Shown here piece by piece: positions 15,609 to 23,684 of a stretch of DNA of 34,402 nucleotides; positions within the stretch are counted from its first letter, which is position 1; the number at the start of each line of letters is the position of its first letter. The position numbers were made by a program, and so were the translations under genes. The stretch is taken from positions 1 through 34,402 of the forward strand of contig CAZWGT010000002.1 of NCBI GenBank assembly GCA_964633345.1, written 5' to 3'. The notes beneath the pieces were generated by a model. It was not told the origin of the DNA. It was given only the letters and a program-made list of their open reading frames with translations, and did not search any database. This stretch comes from an uncultured Planctomycetota bacterium (GTDB lineage Bacteria > Planctomycetota > JAJSAM01 > JAKLKS01).

Positions 15609-17655
15609 GGGCGTCCTCGTCACCGGCACAGGGACCGGGGTCGGCAAGACCGCCGTGGCGGCGGCGCTGGCGCGGATCCTCCTGCGGCGCGGCCTCTCCG
15701 TCGGCGTGATGAAGCCCGCGGCGACGGGCGTGCCGCCCGACGACGACGCCGATCTCCTCCGGGCCGCGGCGGGATCGGACGATCCCCCCGACCTCGTCTC
15801 CCCGCTCCGCTTCCGTGATCCCCTCGCCCCGGCCGTCGCCGCGGACCGCGAGGGGAGGAGCCCCGATCCGGAGGCGATCCGGCGCGCCTTCGCCGCGATC
15901 GCGGGGCGCCGCGCGTTCACCGTCGTCGAGGGCGTGGGCGGGCTCCTCGTCCCCGTCGCGTGGGGGTTCACCGTCGCCGACATGGCGCGGGACCTCGGCC
16001 TCCCGCTGCTCGTCGTCGCCCCGGCGGGCCTGGGGACCCTCAACCACGCGGCGCTGACCGTGGAGGCGGCGCGGTCCCGGGGGATCCCGGTGCTCGGCGT
16101 GGTGCTCGTGCGCGAATCCGCGGGGGCGCCGGGCCTCGCCGAGGAGACCAATCCCGCGGCCCTCGAACGGTTGTGCGGGGTCCGCGTGCTGGCGGTGATG
16201 GAGCGCGTCGCGGCGGGCAGGGAGCGGGATCCCGACGCCCTGGCCGACGCCCTCGGCCCCGGCGCCGCGTCGATCCTCGCCGATGCGCTCCCCGCGGGCG
16301 GGGACGCCGTCGCCCGCTGGAAGCGCCTCGACCGGGCCCACGTCTGGCACCCGTTCACGCAGATGCAGGAGTGGACCGACCCCGTCGTCATCGAGAGGGG
16401 CGAGGGCCCGTACCTCTGGGACGTCGAGGGCCGCCGGTACATCGACGGGGTCTCCTCCCTCTGGGTCACCGTGCACGGCCACCGCACGCCGGAGATCGAC
16501 GCCGCCGTCGCCTCCCAGCTCGGGAAGCTCGCCCACTCCACGCTGCTGGGCCTCTCCAACGTGCCGTCCATCGAGCTGGCCGAGCGCCTCGTGCGCGTCG
16601 CCCCGCCGGGCCTCGTCCGCGTCTTCTACTCCGACTCCGGGTCCACCGCGGTGGAGGTCGCCCTCAAGATGGCCTTCCAGCACCAGCGCCGCCGCGGGGA
16701 GGAGCGCCGCACGAAGTTCGTCTTCCTCGAGGGCGGCTACCACGGGGACACCCTCGGCGCCGTGAGCGTGGGGGGGATCGACCTCTTCCACCGGCTCTTC
16801 CGCCCGCTCCTGTTCGCCTCCCACCGCGTGCCTGCGCCCCACTGCTTCCGCTGCCCCGTCGGGAAGACGTTCCCCTCCTGCGGGATCGACTGCGTGCTCC
16901 CCCTCGAGGAGGCGCTCCGCGACCACGGGCCGGAGATCGCCGCGGTGATCGTCGAGCCGGTGATGCAGGGCGCGGCGGGGATGATCCCCCAGCCCGCGGG
17001 ATGGCTCCCGCGCGTGGCGGCGGCGGCGCGGGCGGCCGGGGCGCTGCTCATCGCCGACGAGGTGGCCGTCGGGCTCGGCCGGACGGGGCGGTGGTTCGCC
17101 GTGGAGCACGAGGGCGTGCGCCCGGACCTGCTGGCCGTCGCCAAGGGCCTCTCCGGGGGCTACCTCCCCCTCGCGGCGACGCTCGCGACGGAGGAGATCC
17201 ACGCCTCCTTCCTCGGGCGCCACGAGGAGATGCGCACCTTCTTCCACGGGCACACCTACACGGGCAACCCGCTGGCCTGCGCCGCCGCGGTCGCCAACCT
17301 CGACCGCATGACGCGGGAGGGAACCGTCGGGGAGGCGGCGCGCAAGGGGGAGATCCTCGGCGCCCTCCTCGAGCCCCTGCGGTCGCTCCGTCCGGTGGGG
17401 GACGTCCGCCGGCGGGGCATGATGGCCGGCGTGGAACTGGTCCGGGACGCCGCCTCGCGGGAGCCCTTCCCGCCGGGGGAGCGGGCCGGCCGGAGGGTCT
17501 GCGAGGAGGCGCGGCGGCGCGGCGTGCTGCTCCGCCCCCTCGGGGACGTCGTCGTCGTGATGCCGCCCCTCGGGACGCCGGACGTCGTGCTGGGGGAGAT
17601 CGCCGGGGTCCTGGCCGCGTCGATCCGCGCGGCACTACCGGAGGAGAACCGATGA
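15601..17655 (+). CDS. bioDA: Bifunctional dethiobiotin synthetase (N-terminal) / adenosylmethionine-8-amino-7-oxononanoate aminotransferase (C-terminal) fusion
   Basis: GTG 15601 overlaps the bioF stop by 8 nt. N-terminal P-loop VTGTGTGVGKT and VEGVGGLLVP (BioD). From about residue 240: HVWHPFTQM, DSGSTAVEVALKMA, DEVAVGLGRTG and AKGLSGGYLPL (PLP Lys), which mark BioA. Single uninterrupted 684-codon frame. Confidence 0.9.
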   Translation: MARGVLVTGTGTGVGKTAVAAALARILLRRGLSVGVMKPAATGVPPDDDADLLRAAAGSDDPPDLVSPLRFRDPLAPAVAADREGRSPDPEAIRRAFAAIAGRRAFTVVEGVGGLLVPVAWGFTVADMARDLGLPLLVVAPAGLGTLNHAALTVEAARSRGIPVLGVVLVRESAGAPGLAEETNPAALERLCGVRVLAVMERVAAGRERDPDALADALGPGAASILADALPAGGDAVARWKRLDRAHVWHPFTQMQEWTDPVVIERGEGPYLWDVEGRRYIDGVSSLWVTVHGHRTPEIDAAVASQLGKLAHSTLLGLSNVPSIELAERLVRVAPPGLVRVFYSDSGSTAVEVALKMAFQHQRRRGEERRTKFVFLEGGYHGDTLGAVSVGGIDLFHRLFRPLLFASHRVPAPHCFRCPVGKTFPSCGIDCVLPLEEALRDHGPEIAAVIVEPVMQGAAGMIPQPAGWLPRVAAAARAAGALLIADEVAVGLGRTGRWFAVEHEGVRPDLLAVAKGLSGGYLPLAATLATEEIHASFLGRHEEMRTFFHGHTYTGNPLACAAAVANLDRMTREGTVGEAARKGEILGALLEPLRSLRPVGDVRRRGMMAGVELVRDAASREPFPPGERAGRRVCEEARRRGVLLRPLGDVVVVMPPLGTPDVVLGEIAGVLAASIRAALPEENR

Positions 17656-18653
17656 ACCGCGACTGGATGGCGCTGGCGGACGAGGCGATCGCCGCCGACG
17701 GGATCTCCAGGGAGGGGGCCCGGGCGGCCCTGGCCGCGCCGGAGAGCGAGGCGTGGGCGCTGCTGGCCGCGGCGGGCCGGGTGCGGAACCGCTTCCACGG
17801 CAACCGCGTCCGCGTCCACGTGCTCCAGAACGCCAAGCTCGGCGGCTGCCCCGAGGACTGCGGCTTCTGCGCCCAGTCCTCCCGCTACGAGACCCCGGCG
17901 GGCCGCGCCCCGCTCCTCGACCGCTCGGCCATCGTGGACGGCGCCCGCGAGGCGGCCGCGGCCGGGGCGTGGAAGTTCTGCATCGTCACCGCCACCCGCG
18001 GGCCCTCGGACCGGGACCTCGACGTCCTCTGCGACGCGGTGCGGGAGATCAAGGCCACGATCCCCGTGAAGGTCTGCACCTCCCTCGGGCTCCTCGACGG
18101 GCCGAAGGCGAGGCGCCTGGCCGAGGCGGGCGTGGACCGCTTCAACCACAACCTCGAGACCTCGCGCCGCCTCTTCGGGGAGGTCTGCACGACCCACACC
18201 TTCGACGACCGCGTGGAGACCCTCCGCCACGCGCGGGAGGCCGGGATGGAGGCCTGCTGCGGATGCATCGTGGGCATGGGGGAGACGGACGAGGATCTCC
18301 TCGACCTCCTCTGGTCGCTGAAAGAGGTGGGGCCCACGTCGATCCCCGTGAACTTCCTCGATCCCCGCCCGGGAACGCCGATGGCGGGCCGTCCGCGGCC
18401 GACCCCCCTGCGCTGCCTGCAGGTCCTGTCCGTCTTCCGCCTCGTCCATCCCCGGCCGGATCTCCGGGTGGCCGGAGGACGGGAGGTGAATCTGCGCGCG
18501 CTCCAGGCGGCGGCCCTCGTCGCCGCGAACTCCATCTTCACCAACGGCTACCTGACGACGCCGGGAAACGAGGCCTCGGCCGACCTGCGGATGATCGAGG
18601 ACGCGGGCTTCGCGATCGAGACCGTGATGGAAGGGGAGGCGCGGGCGGTGTGA
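17652..18653 (+). CDS. bioB: Biotin synthase (radical SAM)
   Basis: ATG 17652 overlaps the bioDA stop (ATGA). CPEDCGFCAQS is the CxxxCxxC cluster motif. Also VCTSLG, FNHNLETS and CCGCIVGMGET. Confidence 0.92.
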   Translation: MNRDWMALADEAIAADGISREGARAALAAPESEAWALLAAAGRVRNRFHGNRVRVHVLQNAKLGGCPEDCGFCAQSSRYETPAGRAPLLDRSAIVDGAREAAAAGAWKFCIVTATRGPSDRDLDVLCDAVREIKATIPVKVCTSLGLLDGPKARRLAEAGVDRFNHNLETSRRLFGEVCTTHTFDDRVETLRHAREAGMEACCGCIVGMGETDEDLLDLLWSLKEVGPTSIPVNFLDPRPGTPMAGRPRPTPLRCLQVLSVFRLVHPRPDLRVAGGREVNLRALQAAALVAANSIFTNGYLTTPGNEASADLRMIEDAGFAIETVMEGEARAV

Positions 18654-18675
18654 GGGGCGGCGGTATCATGCGCCC

Positions 18676-19971
18676 ATGATCAGGACCCTCCCCGCGCTCC
18701 TGCTCCTCCTCCTCGCCGCCGCTCCGCCCGCCGCCGCGCAGGACGAGACGCGGTCCAGCGCCCACTACACCTGGAACATCCACGGGAACTGCCCCGAGGC
18801 GCCGGAACTCATGAAGGTGGCCGAGGCGGCGTGGGGCCAGTTCGCGGCCTACTTCGGCGCGCGCCCGGGCGGCAAGCTCGAGATCGAGTACTTCGAGAAG
18901 TCCTCCGACTACGCCTCCATCCTCACGGGGAAGGGGGCCGACGTGGAGGGGGCCGGGGGCGTGCCCTCCCAGGGCCGCTACTGGTACGAGAACAAGAGGG
19001 TCTACCAGCCGCGGATGCAGCGCCCCTGGGAGACGCGGCAGTGGCTCATCGTGAACCTCGCCCAGCAGTTCATGGCCCTCGGCGTCGTGGGGAAGGGGAA
19101 GAACGTCCCCTCCTGGTACTCCGCCGGGATCACCATGCGCTTCGCCCTCCACCGCTGGGACGGGAAGACCCTCGTCACCGGCGTGGACGACGATCCCTGC
19201 GCGTGGGGGCGCTCCATCGCCCAGCTCGCCGACGGCGCGAGGGAGGGGAAGTGGGACCCCATGGACGCGGTGAGCTCCGACTCCAAGGTCTACGTCGAGT
19301 GCTGGGCGGCCGTGCAGTTCCTGCTCTCGGGGGCGGACAAGGGGGCCATGGCGAGGTTCAAGGCCCTCGAGCGGAAGATGTGGGACGGGATGGAGTCCCG
19401 CGAGGCCGCGACGGCCCTCCTCGGGGCGGACCCGAAGAAGATCCGCAAGGCCTCCCGGGACTGGATCGTCGCCCTGCCCCGGCCGTGGAATCCCCTGGCG
19501 GACATCTGGGAGCGCACTTCCGAGGACTCCTTCCTCGCGGAGCCCTTCAACAAGGACCGCCCCGCGATCCTCCTGCGGGAGGCCGACGCGGGCCCCTCGC
19601 CCTTCATCGAGGCGACCATCGCCCCCGCCGAGAAGGGCGAGGGGGGCCTGATGATCGGCTTCACCGAGGCCGCGGGCGGGCTCGTCGTCGCGTGGTCCCC
19701 CTCCTCGAAGATCGAGCTTCTCCGGGTCGCCGGCCCCGGCAGGGGCCAGGTCCTGGCGTCCGCGGACGGCCCCCCGGGCGCCGAGGCGAGGCTCCGCGTC
19801 GAGATCGCGGGCCCCGTGGTGAAGGTCCTCCTGGCGGGCAAGGAGGTCCTCACCTGGACGGGCGAGGGGGAGTCGGCTCCTTCCGAGGGGAAGACGGGCC
19901 TCCTGTGCGACGGCGGCAAGGTGCGATTCACCGGGGTGAAGGGGTCCGACGCGAAGGTCGGGAAGAAGTAG
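18676..19971 (+). CDS. Secreted protein: N-terminal DUF1570/peptidase-MA-like domain with degenerate metal site + C-terminal ConA-like beta-sandwich
   Basis: Signal peptide MIRTLPALLLLLLAAAPPAAAQ. SSAHYTWNIHG opening. VNLAQQ sits where HExxHQ would be expected, and SWYSAGITMRFA where W..EG.A.YFE would be. The C-terminal beta-rich region is GLMIGFTEAAGGLVVAWSPSSKIELLRV...RLRVEIAGPVVKVLLAGKEV. Confidence 0.75.
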   Translation: MIRTLPALLLLLLAAAPPAAAQDETRSSAHYTWNIHGNCPEAPELMKVAEAAWGQFAAYFGARPGGKLEIEYFEKSSDYASILTGKGADVEGAGGVPSQGRYWYENKRVYQPRMQRPWETRQWLIVNLAQQFMALGVVGKGKNVPSWYSAGITMRFALHRWDGKTLVTGVDDDPCAWGRSIAQLADGAREGKWDPMDAVSSDSKVYVECWAAVQFLLSGADKGAMARFKALERKMWDGMESREAATALLGADPKKIRKASRDWIVALPRPWNPLADIWERTSEDSFLAEPFNKDRPAILLREADAGPSPFIEATIAPAEKGEGGLMIGFTEAAGGLVVAWSPSSKIELLRVAGPGRGQVLASADGPPGAEARLRVEIAGPVVKVLLAGKEVLTWTGEGESAPSEGKTGLLCDGGKVRFTGVKGSDAKVGKK

Positions 19972-19990
19972 AATCCCCGCGGGAGGCGGC

Positions 19991-20839
19991 ATGAGAGGAC
20001 CGTCGGCGGTGCTCGCCCTGGTGCTGGCCGCGGCGGCGGCCCCGGCGGCCGATCCGCTCCACGGGGATCTCCCCTTCCTCCCGTCCCTGGAGTCGGCCCG
20101 CGCCGAGGCGGCGTGGCGGGGAAAGCCGCTGCTGGTCTTCTACTGCCTGCGGGACGACGCGATCTCCCTGAGCGTGGCGGACTCCACCTTCCGGGACGCG
20201 GCCGTGGCCGTCCGCGCGTCGGCCTTCGTGCCCGTGCTGGTGGACGCCGAGGCCGACGAGCGGTTCGGCCTCGAGCACTCCGTGAAGACCGTGCCGACGA
20301 TCCTCCTCCTCGACAGGGAGGGGAGGGAGGCGGGACGGTCGCCGGGGAACGCCGGTCCGGCGGATGTCCTGCGCGTGCTGGACGAGGCCCTGCGGCGCAC
20401 CGGCCCCCGGCGGCCGACGAAGGAGGCGCGCGCCGTCGAGAAGGCGGCGGCGGACCTCGAACAGGCGCTGGCGAAGGGGGAGTGGAGGTCGGTCCTCCGG
20501 GCCGTGGTCGCCATCGAGCGAATCGCGCACCCCGGACCGGAGGCGGACGCGGCGGCGAAGGCCCGTTCGGCCGCGGCGGACGAGTCGGCCCGGCGCCTCG
20601 CCGAGGCGAAGAAGCTCCTGAAGGACGGCCGGCGCGACGAGGGGCGGGCGGCGCTGCGCCGCATCGTGAAGGACTTCCCCGGCCTCGACGCGGCGGTGGA
20701 GGCGAAGAACCTCGTCAAGGAGATGGACGGCCCCGCGCCGGGGGACGCGGACGGCGGGGGCGGCGGCGGCTCGAAGGGAAAGCACGGGAGGCGCGGCTCC
20801 GGGAGGCGCCGGGCGGATCCCGGCGGCTCCGGAGACTAG
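19991..20839 (+). CDS. Secreted thioredoxin-like fold protein lacking the CxxC motif, with a helical/TPR-like C-terminus and a Gly/Arg-rich tail
   Basis: ATG 19991 preceded by GGGAGG. Signal peptide. SLESARAEAAWRGKPLLVFYCLRDDAISLSVADSTFRDAAV...VKTVPTILLLDREGRE follows the Trx_7/DUF255-like beta-alpha-beta layout with a cis-Pro (VPT) but no CxxC. Confidence 0.7.
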   Translation: MRGPSAVLALVLAAAAAPAADPLHGDLPFLPSLESARAEAAWRGKPLLVFYCLRDDAISLSVADSTFRDAAVAVRASAFVPVLVDAEADERFGLEHSVKTVPTILLLDREGREAGRSPGNAGPADVLRVLDEALRRTGPRRPTKEARAVEKAAADLEQALAKGEWRSVLRAVVAIERIAHPGPEADAAAKARSAAADESARRLAEAKKLLKDGRRDEGRAALRRIVKDFPGLDAAVEAKNLVKEMDGPAPGDADGGGGGGSKGKHGRRGSGRRRADPGGSGD

Positions 20840-21792
20840 TCGGCCGCGCCGTCCCCGAGGCGTTTCATCCTCTCGAGCCGCTTCGGCTCGTCGCGCTGGA
20901 GCCACGGGTCCTTCGAGAGCAGCTCCCACGCCTTCGCGAAGTGCGGCCTCGCCTCCTCCTTCCGGCCGAGCGCCCGCAGGCACTCGCCGATCTCCTCGAA
21001 CACGTAGCCGTCGGGGGTCCCGGCCGCCTCGTACGCCGCGCGGAGCGCCTCCTGCATCGCGAGGGCCTCCTCCGTCCGTCCGAGCGACCGGAGAGCGCGG
21101 GCCACGGTCCAGCGGGCCACGCCCGCGTCGTAGGAGTCCGCCTTCCTCGCCTCCTCGAAGGCCTGGTTCCTCCGGAAGAGGGCCAGGGCCTCCTCGTAGC
21201 GGCCGGCGTTGTGGTGGTCCCAGCCGGTGTTGTTGTAGAGGGACCCCAGCCACGCCTTCGCGGCCGGATCCGGCGACTCCTCGGCGTAGGCGATGGCCCT
21301 GAGGTTCCACTCGAGGGACCCGTCCGGCATGCTCGCGATGGCCATCATGTGGGCGGCGTCCACCGCCAGGCCGCCGAGCCCGGCGGCGCGCGCCTCGTCC
21401 CAGGCCTTCAGGAAGTAGGGCTTCGCCTCCCCCTGCCGTTTCGAGGAGTTCCGGACCCGGCCCCGCTCGAGGAGGCAGAGGACGGTCGCCCGGGGCATGC
21501 CGTCGCCCAGGAACGTCTCCGCCTCCGCGAGGGTCGCGTCGGCCTCGTCGAAGCGGAGCTGGAGGCCCTGGGTGCGCGCGATCTGCGAGAGCAGTTCGGC
21601 GAGGTAGGCCCGGTCCCCGGACGCGCGCGCGGCGGGGAGGATCTCGCGGAACTTCGCCTCGGTGCCGGCGGGGTCCTGGAAATTCCAGAGGGTGCGTATC
21701 ACAGGGAGAGACTGTGGCGCGGGGGCCGGGGCCGCGGCGCACGCGGAGAGGAGCACGGCGATCGCGGCCAGAAGCACGAGGGTCGGGGTCAT
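20836..21792 (-). CDS. TPR-repeat lipoprotein
   Basis: ATG 21792 preceded by AGGAGA. Lipobox LLSAC. TPR-like helices (GRYEEALALFRRNQAFEEA, GRTEEALAMQEALRAAYEA, GRKEEARPHFAKAWELL). The upstream 202 codons of the 520-aa ORF were rejected. Its stop shares CTAG with the convergent gene. Confidence 0.8.
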   Translation of the reverse strand: MTPTLVLLAAIAVLLSACAAAPAPAPQSLPVIRTLWNFQDPAGTEAKFREILPAARASGDRAYLAELLSQIARTQGLQLRFDEADATLAEAETFLGDGMPRATVLCLLERGRVRNSSKRQGEAKPYFLKAWDEARAAGLGGLAVDAAHMMAIASMPDGSLEWNLRAIAYAEESPDPAAKAWLGSLYNNTGWDHHNAGRYEEALALFRRNQAFEEARKADSYDAGVARWTVARALRSLGRTEEALAMQEALRAAYEAAGTPDGYVFEEIGECLRALGRKEEARPHFAKAWELLSKDPWLQRDEPKRLERMKRLGDGAAD

Positions 21793-21871
21793 GGGCTCTC
21801 CTGTGATTCGGAAAGGGGTAATCGATGGCGGGGGCGGGCGCAAGCGCCATGATCCCGGCAGGAGGTGGACC

Positions 21872-23593
21872 ATGATGCTCTCCACGATCCTGCTCGCCGC
21901 CGCGTGCGCCGGAGCGGCGGAGCCCGTGGACGTGCAGGAGTACCGGATCACGGTGCTTCTCCAGCCGGACGGGATCGAGGTGGAGACGACCATCCTCGTG
22001 TCCGGGGACCTTCCCGACCGGTGGCCCCTCGATCTCGTCCCGGAGATGACGGTCAAGGCGGGCTCGGTGACGGCGAAGGTCGGAGGGTCCAGCCGCCCCG
22101 TCCCGTTCGCGGTCGTCGATCGCGGAATCGTCCTCGACCTGTCGGGCTCCCGCGGTGCGTACATCGTCTCCATCGTGTGCGAGGGGGCGCCGTCGGAGAG
22201 GTTCTCGAAGGACCGTGGCGGGTTCGTCCGGTCGGCCGTCCGGGACGACCTCCTGTACGTCCGCAGCCAGGTGGCCTGGCATCCCCGCGTCCCCGACGAC
22301 CCGGCCGTCCACCACGTCGCCATCCTGGGCAGGGACGGGTGGGCGAGGAGATCGGCCGGGGACCCCGCGAAGGAGTGGTTCGAGAGCGGGGGTCCCATCG
22401 ACCGCGCCGGCCTCGCGGCGGGGCCGTGGAAGGTCGTGAAGGACGGCGACTACGACGCCCTCGTCTTCGCCGGCCGCGAGAGGCAGGCGGCGGCGCTCCT
22501 GCCCGTCGTGAGGAGGGCCGTGGACTTCCACGCGGCCGATCTGGGCGCCCTCCCCCGCAAGGGGTACACCCTCGTCGAGATGCCGAAGGAGTTCGGGACG
22601 GGCAGCGGCTACTCCGAGTGCGGATACATCCTCCTCGGCCCCGGGGCGTTCGAGGCGGGGCCGAAGGCCGACTGGGTCCCGGGCTTCCTCGCCCACGAGG
22701 CCGCCCACCAGTGGTGGGGTCACGACGGGCTCTTCTCCGACTTCGCCAGCGAGGCGCTCGCGGAGTACTCGGCCTGGCGGTTCCTGCGCGCGAGCGCGGG
22801 GAAGGACGCGGCCGAGAGGAAGCGGAGGTCGGTCGCGGAGCGCGTGTCCCGCGCGAACATGGGCGGCAAGTCGGCGGCCCTCTCGGAGATCCGCGGGTGG
22901 GGCGGGACCATGGACCCGGAGACCTACGAGGCCACCGCCTACGGCAAGTCGATGCTCCTGCTCGCCGCCGTCGAGGACGCCGTCGGCGCGGAGGCGATGA
23001 CCGCCCTGCTCCGGGGGTTCCTGGGCACGGCCCGCAGGACGAGGGTCGGCTGGTCCGACCTGCGGTTCGCCCTGTGCGCCGCGGGGCCGGAGGCGAAGGC
23101 CGCGGTCGAGACGTGGGAGGGCCGGGGGTTCCCGTCCAGGGGAGCGCCGAGCCCCCCGCCCCCCGGCGAGGCCGAGGCGAAGGCCGCCCTCGACGCGGGG
23201 ATGAAGGTGGCCAACAGCCACGCCGAGGCGGACCCGAAGATCCTCGGGAAGGCCATCGAGGACCTCCGGGCCGCGAGGGCCTCGCCGCACCTCGCCGACG
23301 GCGAGAAGGCCGCCGCCCGGACCGGCATCGGCCGCTGCCTCTTCCGCCTGGGGAAGCTGGAGGAGGCGGAGAAGGAGCTGGAGGAGGCGCTGGAGGCGGG
23401 CGGGGGCGGCCCCTTCCACCGCGGGTGGATCGAACTCCACCTCGGCAACATCGACGACCTCCGCGGGAAGCGGAAGGACGCGCTGGCGCACTACCGGGCC
23501 GTCGTGGACAACGCGGGCGCTTCGAAGACCGCCGTCGCGAAGGCGAAGGCCTTCCTCGAGAAGCCCTATAGGGGGTTCGCGCAGGACGGATAG
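21872..23593 (+). CDS. M1-family (gluzincin, aminopeptidase N-like) zinc metallopeptidase with C-terminal TPR-like extension
   Basis: ATG 21872 preceded by GGAGG. HEAAHQWWG followed 18 residues later by E (SEALAEY), i.e. HExxH-x18-E. GSGYSECGYI sits at the GxMEN position. N-terminal hydrophobic leader MMLSTILLAAACAG. Confidence 0.85.
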   Translation: MMLSTILLAAACAGAAEPVDVQEYRITVLLQPDGIEVETTILVSGDLPDRWPLDLVPEMTVKAGSVTAKVGGSSRPVPFAVVDRGIVLDLSGSRGAYIVSIVCEGAPSERFSKDRGGFVRSAVRDDLLYVRSQVAWHPRVPDDPAVHHVAILGRDGWARRSAGDPAKEWFESGGPIDRAGLAAGPWKVVKDGDYDALVFAGRERQAAALLPVVRRAVDFHAADLGALPRKGYTLVEMPKEFGTGSGYSECGYILLGPGAFEAGPKADWVPGFLAHEAAHQWWGHDGLFSDFASEALAEYSAWRFLRASAGKDAAERKRRSVAERVSRANMGGKSAALSEIRGWGGTMDPETYEATAYGKSMLLLAAVEDAVGAEAMTALLRGFLGTARRTRVGWSDLRFALCAAGPEAKAAVETWEGRGFPSRGAPSPPPPGEAEAKAALDAGMKVANSHAEADPKILGKAIEDLRAARASPHLADGEKAAARTGIGRCLFRLGKLEEAEKELEEALEAGGGGPFHRGWIELHLGNIDDLRGKRKDALAHYRAVVDNAGASKTAVAKAKAFLEKPYRGFAQDG

Positions 23594-23684
23594 GGCGGCC
23601 GGCCTCCGCCCCGCCCGATTCTCTCCGCCGGTCACGCGATCGAGGGCTACCCTCACCCGGCCGGGACCCGGGAGCGCCGGAATC

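Noticed and set aside
14469-17253. Long minus-strand ORFs (700 aa and 569 aa) antisense to bioF and bioDA
   Set aside because: Low-complexity R/G/P/A translation. The plus strand encodes complete BioF and BioD-BioA with catalytic motifs.
22374-22395. GGTTCGAG string resembling a tRNA T-loop
   Set aside because: It lies inside the M1 peptidase coding frame. No acceptor, D or anticodon arms can be drawn around it.
23594-23684. Possible Mg2+-sensing (M-box type) leader upstream of the MgtE_N/NRAMP pair
   Set aside because: The gap is only 91 nt, much shorter than known M-box riboswitches, and shows only trivial 5-bp GC hairpins.
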